Of a stretch of DNA of 64,000 bases, positions 51,553-60,556 are shown piece by piece. Both the position numbers and the translations under genes were made by a program. The stretch is taken from the sequence record PZ386947.1. The stretch is one strand, 5' to 3'. The DNA comes from a phage. The notes beneath the pieces are model-generated. The model had not been told where the DNA came from and did not search any database. It saw only the letters and a list, made by a program, of their open reading frames with translations. Positions within the stretch are counted from its first letter, which is position 1. Every line of letters starts with the position of its first letter.

Positions 51553-52155
51553 TTATAGATTAAATCCTTCAAAATCAAGAGTATAGATAGTGTATGTTGA
51601 ATACTTTTTATACTCATATCTATCTGCAATTCTAAATACACTTCCAGCTGGTATCATTACTTCTTGTTCATCTGAAACTAATTCCATATTACGATAACGA
51701 TGACTATCCGGAAACTTAAAGTTTGGATTGTATTCTTTACAGCGTAGAGCTTTTATAGCATACTCCTGGAAATTGAATACCATAGGAGCTTTGAATTCAA
51801 AAATAACTTGTGTGTTATACTCTAAACCGGAAGCAAAATGTAGAGCTATATTTTTATCATATGAAGCTGATACGACTTTATCAAATGTAATAATATCAAT
51901 TCCTTGATTTAACACCTGCTTAGTCTCAGCTGGAACACCTCTCCAAAGAGGTTTATCGTTTGGAACCAAACGAGATTTGATTATTTCATTTAACCAAGAA
52001 TGATCGTCTGGTTTATTAGTAATACAATGAATTAAAAGTTCAATTTCAGATAAATTAAACCCTTCAGAAAGTAATTCTTCACGAATAGAAGCACGCACCG
52101 ATGCATCCATTGATTTTATTTTAAAATCTTTTAGTTGCATTACTGAGTATTTCAT
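51553..52155 (-). CDS. modA: ADP-ribosyltransferase ModA
   Basis: 200 aa as in T4 ModA; paralogous to adjacent modB; 4-nt overlap between the pair. Confidence 0.75.
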   Translation of the reverse strand: MKYSVMQLKDFKIKSMDASVRASIREELLSEGFNLSEIELLIHCITNKPDDHSWLNEIIKSRLVPNDKPLWRGVPAETKQVLNQGIDIITFDKVVSASYDKNIALHFASGLEYNTQVIFEFKAPMVFNFQEYAIKALRCKEYNPNFKFPDSHRYRNMELVSDEQEVMIPAGSVFRIADRYEYKKYSTYTIYTLDFEGFNL

Positions 52156-52775
52156 TCAACTACCTCAATATCATAAACTTTAAATGTTCCAAATGAATCG
52201 TGTAATTTTTCTTTTGAAATAGAAGTTATTCTATACTTTCCAATTGGAATCATCCATTCCTGTTCACGCACAATCATCATTAAGTTATCAGTACGCTCTG
52301 AATCTAATCCATCAGTATCTTCATACGTGTACTTAAACTCAGTATTAGGAGAAGAAAGTATAATATCGCTGATATGGTCAGAATAATTAAAAGCTTTATT
52401 AGTTTTTAAGCGAAGTATTATTTTAGTAAAATATTCAGCGTAAGAAAAAGAACATGCTGTGAGCAAACTAGTAGTAAATGAATCTACTCTATTCGTTGAA
52501 AACACTTCTCCAACTTGTAAATCTTTAATAAGTTCTTCTGTTGATTTTGATATACCACGATATAACTGATAAGGTGATTTAGTTAAATGCTTTTTAATGA
52601 TTTTATTCAACTGCCGATGAAGAGCTTCATTCTTTTTGGCTTCCATACATTGCCAAAGAACTGACTGCTCAAAGTCAGTAAATTTTTCACAGACCTTTTT
52701 ATACATATCATATTGAAAATCGACGCTTTCAGCTTTTATAGATAACTGTTCAACATCTGCAAGATTAATAATCAT
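52152..52775 (-). CDS. modB: ADP-ribosyltransferase ModB
   Basis: 207 aa as in T4 ModB; LYRGIS (R-motif region) and FSTNRVD (STS-like). Confidence 0.75.
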   Translation of the reverse strand: MIINLADVEQLSIKAESVDFQYDMYKKVCEKFTDFEQSVLWQCMEAKKNEALHRQLNKIIKKHLTKSPYQLYRGISKSTEELIKDLQVGEVFSTNRVDSFTTSLLTACSFSYAEYFTKIILRLKTNKAFNYSDHISDIILSSPNTEFKYTYEDTDGLDSERTDNLMMIVREQEWMIPIGKYRITSISKEKLHDSFGTFKVYDIEVVE

Positions 52776-52801
52776 GATAGCCTCCGTATACTTCAGAAGC
52801 T

Positions 52802-52831
52802 ATCATATCATCGTTAGAAAGGAAAGTAAAC
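52802..52831 (-). promoter_or_regulatory. early sigma70-type promoter for modB
   Basis: Minus strand GTTTAC (52831-52826), 18-nt spacer, TATGAT -10. Confidence 0.45.
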
Positions 52832-52842
52832 AACTTTTTGAA

Positions 52843-53025
52843 TTATTTTGCCCAGGGAGCCCAGGGCGGAGGGTCAAGATGGTATGAAGCTAGTTCTTCT
52901 AGAAGAGCATCTGGGGCTTCAATTCCATAATTCTGTAATACTATACGGTACTCTTTCTTATAATCACTGGAATCATTCTGGTTATTCGTAAAATGATTAT
53001 CTTCTAACATCTCAAATAAATCCAT
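52843..53025 (-). CDS. hypothetical protein (modA.x)
   Basis: 60 aa acidic ORF. Confidence 0.35.
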   Translation of the reverse strand: MDLFEMLEDNHFTNNQNDSSDYKKEYRIVLQNYGIEAPDALLEELASYHLDPPPWAPWAK

Positions 53026-53033
53026 ATTAATTC

Positions 53034-53504
53034 CTAGCGATAAAAACCAAATTGACGATTAGCTTCAATAATCTTTCTTTCTTCTTCGGACATTCTCCAG
53101 CGTAGTCCAACATCAAAATGAGCCCAGACCATCTTAACAAATGCATTTATATCTTTAATATCTTCAATAATGAATGATTTACTTTTAGAAGGTTGACTCG
53201 CTAATTTAACTTTATCGTCTTCAAACAGGTCAAAAAGACCATATTCATGGGCTCTTTTATAGCCTTTAATAGTTAAAGCTTCAGAAGAAGAAAAAGGTGA
53301 ATCTGTATTCTGCAAAATATCTTCAGTATGCTTTATAATTAGAATAACATTTTCTGGATATTTTCTTTCTTTTATATCTTTAATTAAAAGATCCGGATTT
53401 TCTGCTAAAGGAATAATTAATGAGCACTTTTTATCAAGTGTATTTACTGATTTACCTTCTTTGGACATAAATTCTATTGAATAATGTTTTGCTACTTCAA
53501 TCAT
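53034..53504 (-). CDS. hypothetical protein (modA.x)
   Basis: 156 aa ORF. Confidence 0.4.
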   Translation of the reverse strand: MIEVAKHYSIEFMSKEGKSVNTLDKKCSLIIPLAENPDLLIKDIKERKYPENVILIIKHTEDILQNTDSPFSSSEALTIKGYKRAHEYGLFDLFEDDKVKLASQPSKSKSFIIEDIKDINAFVKMVWAHFDVGLRWRMSEEERKIIEANRQFGFYR

Positions 53505-53657
53505 GTGATTTCCTTTTGCCTACTAATGGACCGTCAGGAATTTTATTTTCCTGAATGTATTTTTCATTTTCTTCCATCATTTTACTGCCAATTTTAAGAA
53601 GCAAATCCATTGCTTCATTTGCTTTAGCTTTAGCCTCTTCTAATATCATATCTCTGT

Positions 53658-53861
53658 TCACGATTTATCCCCATAGATGTCTCTCATTAATTTAAGCGCT
53701 GAGCGTTCTAATTTCTTTTCTTTCTCAGCACTAATCATTGATTTCATCCATTCTTCCGATTCGTTCTGCATTTCTTTATTTGCTTGTTCAACCCAACCAT
53801 CATCAATATACATCGAGTTTGGTCTATTGAACCATTCAAGCATCTTCTTCAGAGCTTTCAT
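53658..53861 (-). CDS. hypothetical protein
   Basis: 67 aa ORF. Confidence 0.35.
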   Translation of the reverse strand: MKALKKMLEWFNRPNSMYIDDGWVEQANKEMQNESEEWMKSMISAEKEKKLERSALKLMRDIYGDKS

Positions 53862-54333
53862 TTGTTTTACCTAAAACAACAGTAGGAGCATCATCAAATT
53901 CATGAATTTTTAGCAAATTTGGATGTAAACTATTCCATACAGAAGAAATAAAGTATGATAACGCATCTTCACTTGCAATTATAAATTTATTTCCTTTATC
54001 TATTTTCCAACTATATAGTGAATCGTACGAATAAAAAGATAAAGGCTTATCATTATATTGTTCTGCGCTAACATTAATGTATTCGGATTTAGTAAATGCT
54101 TCAATTGCTCTAAATGGAATATTTGGTACAGTTTCAATAATACCAATCTTTTTAAGTTTTATTTCAGCATCTTCTGGAACTGGCATTGAAACGAAATTTT
54201 CTACGAGATACATTGGGTCACAATAACCCTTATCAATCATTACTGCTACGGTAATTGGAACGTCTTTAGCAAACGACATACTATTACTGCTAATATACAT
54301 TTCAAACAAAATCGCTTCCATAATTTTCCTCAA
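53836..54333 (-). CDS. hypothetical protein
   Basis: 165 aa ORF. Confidence 0.4.
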   Translation of the reverse strand: MRKIMEAILFEMYISSNSMSFAKDVPITVAVMIDKGYCDPMYLVENFVSMPVPEDAEIKLKKIGIIETVPNIPFRAIEAFTKSEYINVSAEQYNDKPLSFYSYDSLYSWKIDKGNKFIIASEDALSYFISSVWNSLHPNLLKIHEFDDAPTVVLGKTNESSEEDA

Positions 54334-54668
54334 TCACAAGATGTAGATGAACAACTAGAATCACAAGAACTTCCACATGAATCGCCCGTCCATACATGAA
54401 CAGGAACATTAGTGTCATATGAATCAGAACTAGACTGTGTATTCTGCGTATTAGATGATGTAGGTGTTGACCAACGCCAAGGATTTTTATAATATTCCTG
54501 GGCTTCTTCATAAGTCATAGTAACTGCTTCTACTGTTCCATCTCCCATATAAACATATTCAACTACAGTTAAAGGGAGGTAGTCATTTGAAATAGGAACT
54601 ACACCTTCTCCGGGAGTTGTAGAGAAAAAATCCGTAAAGAAACTTTTAAACCAATTAAAGATAAACAT
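54330..54668 (-). CDS. hypothetical protein with Cys/Ser-rich C-terminal tail
   Basis: 112 aa; C-terminus ...[22 protein letters not shown]. Confidence 0.4.
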   Translation of the reverse strand: MFIFNWFKSFFTDFFSTTPGEGVVPISNDYLPLTVVEYVYMGDGTVEAVTMTYEEAQEYYKNPWRWSTPTSSNTQNTQSSSDSYDTNVPVHVWTGDSCGSSCDSSCSSTSCD

Positions 54669-54874
54669 TACAAAAAGCCTCTTTTGAATTCGACCTGCTT
54701 CTCACCATAATCATATCGAATCTCTGCGTTAAATTCAACAGACCCATCTGCGTGCATCATAAATGAATGCACAACAACTTCTGTAGACCAGGGTTGCAAT
54801 TCATATTTCTTCATTACATGCCGTGAAATGATAATATCTAAATCTTCATTTGGTTTAATCCAACGATTTAACAT
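54668..54874 (-). CDS. hypothetical protein
   Basis: 68 aa ORF. Confidence 0.35.
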   Translation of the reverse strand: MLNRWIKPNEDLDIIISRHVMKKYELQPWSTEVVVHSFMMHADGSVEFNAEIRYDYGEKQVEFKRGFL

Positions 54875-54939
54875 AGTGCTCTCCTCTATAAGATAATTCT
54901 ATTATACCATACTCATTTTGATATGTAAACCATTTAAAT

Positions 54940-54964
54940 GAAAAAGGACTCCCGAAGGAGTCCT
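54940..54964 (-). terminator. intrinsic terminator downstream of soc
   Basis: Stem AGGACTCC / GGAGTCCT with CGAA loop plus U-run on the minus strand; identical to hairpin at 2098-2117. Confidence 0.55.
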
Positions 54965-54969
54965 TGAAT

Positions 54970-55215
54970 TTATTCACCAGTTACTTTCCACAAATCTTCG
55001 TTTGCAGTAATCCATTCAGTACGTTGATTTTCTTCATATACTGTAGAATATGCTGCTTTTTCTGAAGGGAATGTCTGGTAATGTGCACCAGAAATTTTGT
55101 GAACGTCAGAATAAAGAGGGAAAGCTACGGAAATTTCCTTTCCTTCAATTTTCTTATTTCCATCTAATTTCTGCTCAAATGTTTTGATATTAACATAACC
55201 ACGAGTACTAGCCAT
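54970..55215 (-). CDS. soc: small outer capsid protein Soc
   Basis: 81 aa; MASTRGYVNIKTFEQKLDGNKKIEGKEISVAFPLYSDVHKISGAHYQTFPSEKAAYSTVYEENQRTEWI... recognised as T4 Soc. Confidence 0.9.
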   Translation of the reverse strand: MASTRGYVNIKTFEQKLDGNKKIEGKEISVAFPLYSDVHKISGAHYQTFPSEKAAYSTVYEENQRTEWITANEDLWKVTGE

Positions 55216-55245
55216 GTAATTCTCCTTTTATTTAAATTACATGAT

Positions 55246-55253
55246 TATTTATA
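55246..55253 (-). promoter_or_regulatory. late promoter (TATAAATA) for soc
   Basis: Minus-strand TATAAATA about 30 nt upstream of soc ATG. Confidence 0.5.
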
Positions 55254-55298
55254 ATAAATTCTCGCGGCTTTTAAGTCGTCGTTTATTTAAACGAGCTA

Positions 55299-55817
55299 TT
55301 AATAGCCTCGGTCTTGACGAGCGAAATTTTCAGCATTTTTCAGATAATAAAGTTTAAATATTTCTTCAGCTGACATTCCAAGAGCAATAAATTTATTCAT
55401 GAAAAAGTGAAATTGGTCAATCAGTTCAAATTTAATTTCAAGCTGATCTTCAGGAGATAAGTCTTGAATTTTCTTGGATTGCATTTCAGAATAACGTTTC
55501 TTCCAAGGTTTCCATACGGCAGAAGCTTCTTTTTCACCATTACTCATACCACCAAGAGAAGTATATAGTTCGCGAGTTTCATCTGCGATATAATCGTCTT
55601 GGTTTCGCAACCAAGCAAGAACTTCTCCTGCAGTTTCAAGTGAATCGGGATGACGATTTGTTTCTGGTTTATCATTAGCCAAACGAATCTGTAAATGCCG
55701 CTGCATATCAAGCATAACCTGCAGTGGGTCAATATTGTGCATAATATTCTCAGCATATGCACGATTTGCTTTATCAACACCTTCGATCAAATGAGCGCAT
55801 TCATTAAAGTGAGCCAT
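55299..55817 (-). CDS. 56: dCTP/dCDP pyrophosphatase (MazG-like)
   Basis: Track ORF trimmed to ATG at 55817 (MAHFNECAHLIEGVDKAN...), 172 aa (T4 gp56 about 171). Confidence 0.8.
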   Translation of the reverse strand: MAHFNECAHLIEGVDKANRAYAENIMHNIDPLQVMLDMQRHLQIRLANDKPETNRHPDSLETAGEVLAWLRNQDDYIADETRELYTSLGGMSNGEKEASAVWKPWKKRYSEMQSKKIQDLSPEDQLEIKFELIDQFHFFMNKFIALGMSAEEIFKLYYLKNAENFARQDRGY

Positions 55818-55888
55818 TATTTTTCCTTTCAATTCATGAGTTAGTAGATTAATTATACAATAAATATATAAAGCAATAAGGAGGACAT

Positions 55889-56089
55889 ATGGTACAAAAA
55901 TTAATGGCACTTGTTAATGCCATCAAAGGTAATAAAAAGCGTATAGCTTTTACTATTTCTGCTATGGTAGGAATTTTACTCTGGAACTTTATTCTATCAC
56001 CTGTTGCAATTGCACATGGTATTAATATTCCAGTAGTTACTCTTGATACATTCGTAGATCTAGCATTTGCTTTAGTTGGGTTAATTTAA
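55889..56089 (+). CDS. small membrane protein on the opposite strand (orphan)
   Basis: 66 aa with two hydrophobic helices; strong AAGGAGG Shine-Dalgarno 5 nt before ATG; lies in the 56-61 intergenic gap on the plus strand. Confidence 0.4.
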   Translation: MVQKLMALVNAIKGNKKRIAFTISAMVGILLWNFILSPVAIAHGINIPVVTLDTFVDLAFALVGLI

Positions 56090-57114
56090 ATCTTGGCATA
56101 TTTAGATAGCCGCATTTTAGCCATCAACCCCTGGGCAATATTATTTTTCATATATTCCATAATTTGTTCAGGGGTTGCACCTTCCTTTCTAATCATATCA
56201 TTAACATCTTTTGATTTCCAGGGAGATTTATCCCAAAACATAACCCTTTCTCCTGCATCAACTAATTTAGTCATTCGTTTGATAGTGTCAGGATGACGAG
56301 GTTCATTATCTAAAACCCACACACGTCTATCTTTAAATGGAACAACTTCTAGGTCTAATTGACCACCCGTAATAGCTATACCATTTTCAATAAAAAGTGA
56401 ATCTATAGGTCCTTCTAGAACATATACATCACCATTTTTAACTCGTTCGACTCCATAGATTTTTGTTGCCTCAGGATAAGCTTTGATAGTGATATATTTT
56501 TGAGGAGCATCTTTCTTTAATGCACGTCCTTGAAAAGACTCAGCTTTTCCATTAGCATTATAAATTGGAATAACAAGACGAGGCTCAGGTATTTCCTTTT
56601 TGTATGTTCCCGGTGCTATGCTATTAACTAATTTAGGCCATTCGGTTGTAAACCAAAGATATTTCCATTTATCCTTTGGAATACAACGAGCTTTTATATA
56701 TTTTATAATTGCATGGTCTTCCGCCAGTTTATCTAATCGAACACATGACGGAAGAGATTTAATTATTTTCTTCTCAGGTTGTTTAGGAAGTTCTTTAGGT
56801 TTTTCTACTGGACGACTTTTACCTTTTTCTTTTCTTATTTCAAAGATATACTCACGATATAAATCAGGTTCAAACTCCTTTAAATATATTCCGATTGGTG
56901 CATGATAGTTACAGTTATAACAATGAATATTTCCTTCATTATTATCACCATAATACCATCCACGAGCTTTATTCTGGTCGGTTTTTGAATCTCCACAAAC
57001 AGGACATCTAAACCGTAATTTAAAAGTTGAACTATTATTTACTTGTGTGAATTTAGGTAAATGAGCCAATGCACGATATGCAAACTCATTATCAATCCAA
57101 GGTATTGATGACAT
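56086..57114 (-). CDS. 61: DNA primase gp61
   Basis: 342 aa as in T4 gp61; N-terminal zinc-binding CPVCGDS...CYNC and TOPRIM core. Confidence 0.9.
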   Translation of the reverse strand: MSSIPWIDNEFAYRALAHLPKFTQVNNSSTFKLRFRCPVCGDSKTDQNKARGWYYGDNNEGNIHCYNCNYHAPIGIYLKEFEPDLYREYIFEIRKEKGKSRPVEKPKELPKQPEKKIIKSLPSCVRLDKLAEDHAIIKYIKARCIPKDKWKYLWFTTEWPKLVNSIAPGTYKKEIPEPRLVIPIYNANGKAESFQGRALKKDAPQKYITIKAYPEATKIYGVERVKNGDVYVLEGPIDSLFIENGIAITGGQLDLEVVPFKDRRVWVLDNEPRHPDTIKRMTKLVDAGERVMFWDKSPWKSKDVNDMIRKEGATPEQIMEYMKNNIAQGLMAKMRLSKYAKI

Positions 57115-57116
57115 TT

Positions 57117-57281
57117 TTACTCTTCTTTTTCTTTAGATTCCTCTTTTTTCTTTTTAGGAATCTGCTCAGGACCTTTATTTACTACAGCGCCTGATGTTGT
57201 TCCAGTAGAGATATTTTCAGGACTACCACCTGAATCTCCAGCGACCATATCTTCTTTGATAAATTCTTTATATGTTTTCAT
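57117..57281 (-). CDS. small basic protein (61.1-like)
   Basis: Hand-translated 54 aa MKTYKEFIKEDMVAGDSGGSPENISTGTTSGAVVIKVLSRFLKRKKRNLKKKKR; below ORF-track size cutoff. Confidence 0.3.
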   Translation of the reverse strand: MKTYKEFIKEDMVAGDSGGSPENISTGTTSGAVVNKGPEQIPKKKKEESKEKEE

Positions 57282-57282
57282 A

Positions 57283-57909
57283 TTAACCTCTATTCATAAA
57301 AGCATTAAAAATTTGGTCATCAATAGAAACATTTACTTTAGACTGTTTTTCTGATGGTAATTCATATCCACATATTACAATTTTGTGATCAATATCAAAA
57401 TACACAGAAGCAATATGATTAATGATGTTTTCAGTAAAGTCTAAATCAACATCAATATCTTTTTGACCACAGCCCAAAGGATAAATAATGCGAGTAATTC
57501 GATTATCTTTAACAAATATTCCACCGACATACTCTGTACTGCGTTTAAAGTCTACACGCCGACGAAATGAAAAATATTCAGGCTCTTTATGAGCTCGGCT
57601 CATAGGACACAACGAGTAACTAGAATAAGAGATGTCAAATCCTACGCCTTCGATATGAGCCAAAGTGTCATGATTAAACCAATTATAATCGTACGCCAAA
57701 TCCATTAGATTATAATATGTAAAAGGCACCGGATTAACATCATTAGTCACAAGCATGTAATTAGCAACTGCTATAATTTCATTGTTTTTAACGAATACAA
57801 ACCGTGATTGATGCGAATGACCTGGACCCGCGTTTTCACGATTAATGATATAACACTGGGCACCTTTATATTTGTATGTATCTTTGCATTTGTGCATTTG
57901 ATAGAGCAT
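57283..57909 (-). CDS. hypothetical protein at the T4 61.2 position (possible AdfA-like anti-DarT factor)
   Basis: 208 aa ORF between 61.1 and sp; identification is positional only and rests on my recollection that T4 61.2 is AdfA. Confidence 0.35.
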   Translation of the reverse strand: MLYQMHKCKDTYKYKGAQCYIINRENAGPGHSHQSRFVFVKNNEIIAVANYMLVTNDVNPVPFTYYNLMDLAYDYNWFNHDTLAHIEGVGFDISYSSYSLCPMSRAHKEPEYFSFRRRVDFKRSTEYVGGIFVKDNRITRIIYPLGCGQKDIDVDLDFTENIINHIASVYFDIDHKIVICGYELPSEKQSKVNVSIDDQIFNAFMNRG

Positions 57910-58202
57910 TATTCACCTACCACTTCAGCGATGATATTTTTGTTATTAAAGTTTTTATCGCAATACAGAACATAATTATACTGCATTACACCACCAGACT
58001 TAAGTTGTTTTTGCACTTCAGCTTTCATTTCAGGACGATCGCGCTCAACGATATTCATAATATCCGCTTCAATTTGAGTTTCAACCTCAGTCTGATCCGC
58101 AGTCATAGACCATTCACACAAATCTTTATCATAACCTGCCATAGCAGGCTGAGCAGCACAAGAAGCTAAAGCAAAAATTGTGGCAAAGATAAATTTTTTC
58201 AT
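57909..58202 (-). CDS. sp: Spackle periplasmic protein (superinfection exclusion / lysozyme inhibitor)
   Basis: 97 aa as in T4 Sp; cleavable signal peptide MKKFIFATIFALASCAAQPAMA. Confidence 0.8.
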   Translation of the reverse strand: MKKFIFATIFALASCAAQPAMAGYDKDLCEWSMTADQTEVETQIEADIMNIVERDRPEMKAEVQKQLKSGGVMQYNYVLYCDKNFNNKNIIAEVVGE

Positions 58203-58230
58203 GATAATCTCCTCAGTAGTTTATGTTTAT

Positions 58231-58260
58231 ATAGTATCTCAATTTCCAACAAAAGTAAAC
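58231..58260 (-). promoter_or_regulatory. early sigma70-type promoter for sp
   Basis: Minus strand GTTTAC (58260-58255), 18-nt spacer, TACTAT -10. Confidence 0.45.
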
Positions 58261-58262
58261 AG

Positions 58263-58520
58263 TTATTTTAAAATTTCTGCGTAATCACATGTTACAAACT
58301 GTTTCTCTAGCTTGACGATTTTACGAAAGTATCTTTTGCATTGGCGAATCTGCCGCTTCGTAGGGCGAACAGCAAACTTAATAAATTCCACTCGACCAAA
58401 TGGAGGACTTTCTTCTGCTGGAATATCTAACACCAATTCCCACGTATCTGCAATAAGTGCTTTGAATTGCGTATTTTTCCTGACGTTATACGGAGTAGGT
58501 TTAAATAAAACAATATGCAT
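58263..58520 (-). CDS. small basic protein at the T4 61.4 position (possible TifA-like toxin-antitoxin inhibitor)
   Basis: Track ORF begins at a TTG; likely ATG at 58520 (MHIVLFKPTPYNV..., 85 aa) with GAGGA Shine-Dalgarno, 1 nt after dmd stop; TifA assignment positional and from memory. Confidence 0.4.
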   Translation of the reverse strand: MHIVLFKPTPYNVRKNTQFKALIADTWELVLDIPAEESPPFGRVEFIKFAVRPTKRQIRQCKRYFRKIVKLEKQFVTCDYAEILK

Positions 58521-58521
58521 A

Positions 58522-58704
58522 TTATCCTCGGCAATCCACTTCACACACTTTCTTGTCATCAATGAAAGCTTTAACTAATGCTTTATTAACTTCAGCATAT
58601 TGAGTAGTAGCCCATTGAACGTCATCTTTCATCATTGTGGTTTCTTTAGTAAACATGCTTTCATTCTTAAACCACCCCATAAAAACTACCTTTACCAATT
58701 CCAT
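58522..58704 (-). CDS. dmd: Dmd antitoxin (inhibitor of host RnlA/LsoA toxins)
   Basis: 60 aa; MELVKVVFMGWFKNESMFTKE...VDCRG recognised as T4 Dmd. Confidence 0.8.
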   Translation of the reverse strand: MELVKVVFMGWFKNESMFTKETTMMKDDVQWATTQYAEVNKALVKAFIDDKKVCEVDCRG

Positions 58705-58733
58705 AACAATCTCCTCATTTAACCAACAAGACT

Positions 58734-58763
58734 ACTATACCATAGTCTTGTCAGCTTGTAAAC
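58734..58763 (-). promoter_or_regulatory. early sigma70-type promoter for dmd
   Basis: Minus strand GTTTAC (58763-58758), 18-nt spacer, TATAGT -10. Confidence 0.45.
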
Positions 58764-60190
58764 TAAAATTTTAATTCATTTGCCAAAGCATCTAACTGAG
58801 CTCGAGTGGATTCATTTCTTTGATAGCGATTCTGCTCAGCCTGAATCTGTTGTGAACCTGCTACTTCACTCACTTCAGTTGGAGTAGAATCTTGTTCAAT
58901 TTCTACCCATTTTTGATTTCCTTTTTGAACACCCATCAAAAACTTATTCCACTTATTCTTATCACCATATCGTGATTTGATTTGCTTAATGAGTTGTTGT
59001 TCAGCAGCTGCTAGCTCTTCGGTTTCAATGACCGCAAGCATAAAATCAGCTGTTGCTGGAAGACCAGCAGATTCTGCAATATCGCTCATGTTAACATCAG
59101 AAGAATCCCAAGCCTGTTTACCAACCTGTGCTGCAGTCCAAAGAACAGTTTCGGTTTCAACAGCAAGAGCACGCAATTCCTCTGCAATAGCTTTAACAGT
59201 TGTGTAACTATTTTCTGAGTAAACTCTGATGCGGCAAGATTTACAAATACCTAGATAGTCGACAATAATGATTGTTGGAACAAAATTCTTTTTGAGCTTC
59301 AATTCATTCAAGAGAGACCTGAATGTGTTAGCATCTGCCCCACCAGTAGGGTACTGTTTAACAATTAAACGACCGAGAGTAGATTTCTCACGCCATTTTT
59401 CCATTTTTCCTTTATACTCAGCGTAAGAAATATGCCCATCATCAATGTCATCAAGAGAAACATCAAGCATATTAGCGTCAATACGTTTAGCACAGACTTC
59501 TTCTGCCATTTCCATGGAAATGTAAAGAACATTATGTCCGAGCTGTAAATAATCTGCCGCTAATGAACACAATCCTAATGATTTACCAACGTTAACGCCA
59601 GCCATTAAAACGTTCAGTGTTCCAGTTTCAGCTCCGCCTTTCGTAATTTTGTTTAGAATTCTGAGTTTAAATGGAACCTTACGAGCTTTATTCATATAAG
59701 ATAGCCAACGTGCTTCGTAGTCATCCATCCAATCATGACCAACGTAGCTATCAAATGAAATTGATAATGCTTGGCGCATGATGTCAGGAATAGCACCAAC
59801 ATCCGGCATTTTCTTATTTCGTTTTTCCGGAGGAAGTTCAGCATTAGTTTGAATTTCGATTATTTTAGACGTAGCATTAAACATCGCCCTTTGCTGAACA
59901 TATTTTTCTGTTTCTTTTATTAACCAACTGTGGTCTTCCGGAGAATCAGCTAGTTTTGAAATAAGTGTTTTTACACCAGAATATTCCGTTTCAGTAAATG
60001 AACTATTTTCTAATGCAACATTTAACGCATTAATAGATGGAACGCTATGATACTCATTAACATGGGATTTAATTAATTTGAATGTATTTTTAGCTGGACC
60101 ACTTTCAAAATATTCTGAATCCATATATGGCCAAACTTTTGAAAAATAAGCTTGATCAAATATGAGATGAGAAAGAATAATTTCTACCAC
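58763..60190 (-). CDS. 41: replicative DNA helicase gp41 (DnaB-like)
   Basis: 475 aa as in T4 gp41; Walker A GVNVGKS. Confidence 0.9.
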   Translation of the reverse strand: MVEIILSHLIFDQAYFSKVWPYMDSEYFESGPAKNTFKLIKSHVNEYHSVPSINALNVALENSSFTETEYSGVKTLISKLADSPEDHSWLIKETEKYVQQRAMFNATSKIIEIQTNAELPPEKRNKKMPDVGAIPDIMRQALSISFDSYVGHDWMDDYEARWLSYMNKARKVPFKLRILNKITKGGAETGTLNVLMAGVNVGKSLGLCSLAADYLQLGHNVLYISMEMAEEVCAKRIDANMLDVSLDDIDDGHISYAEYKGKMEKWREKSTLGRLIVKQYPTGGADANTFRSLLNELKLKKNFVPTIIIVDYLGICKSCRIRVYSENSYTTVKAIAEELRALAVETETVLWTAAQVGKQAWDSSDVNMSDIAESAGLPATADFMLAVIETEELAAAEQQLIKQIKSRYGDKNKWNKFLMGVQKGNQKWVEIEQDSTPTEVSEVAGSQQIQAEQNRYQRNESTRAQLDALANELKF

Positions 60191-60199
60191 ACTTACTCC

Positions 60200-60556
60200 T
60201 TAAAAGAATTTAAATTTTTTCTTTGACCTTTTATTAAATGCATCTTGCAGTTGCATTGTAATACATTTTTCTACATGAGGAGCTAACTCAGCTTTTCTTT
60301 CTTGGTCAAGAACAGCAAAGTCCATTACAACCTTTCCATCAACCCAATCTAATTTTGTCACATACACAATGTGTGTAGAACCATCTTCTAGTTTAATGAC
60401 AATCTCCTGGATAACATTTTCCATAGCAGATTTAATTATCTTAAGAGACTCATTAAAAAGACGTTCTTTTCTTTCTTCTTCCCCCTCCGAAGAGGGAGAT
60501 TCATCGATAATTTCTAGATCTAAATCATCTTTACTCATTAAATTCTTCCATATCAC
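60200..60556 (-). CDS. 40: gp40-like head assembly protein
   Basis: 118 aa (T4 gp40 about 120) between uvsX and 41; positional. Confidence 0.5.
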   Translation of the reverse strand: MIWKNLMSKDDLDLEIIDESPSSEGEEERKERLFNESLKIIKSAMENVIQEIVIKLEDGSTHIVYVTKLDWVDGKVVMDFAVLDQERKAELAPHVEKCITMQLQDAFNKRSKKKFKFF

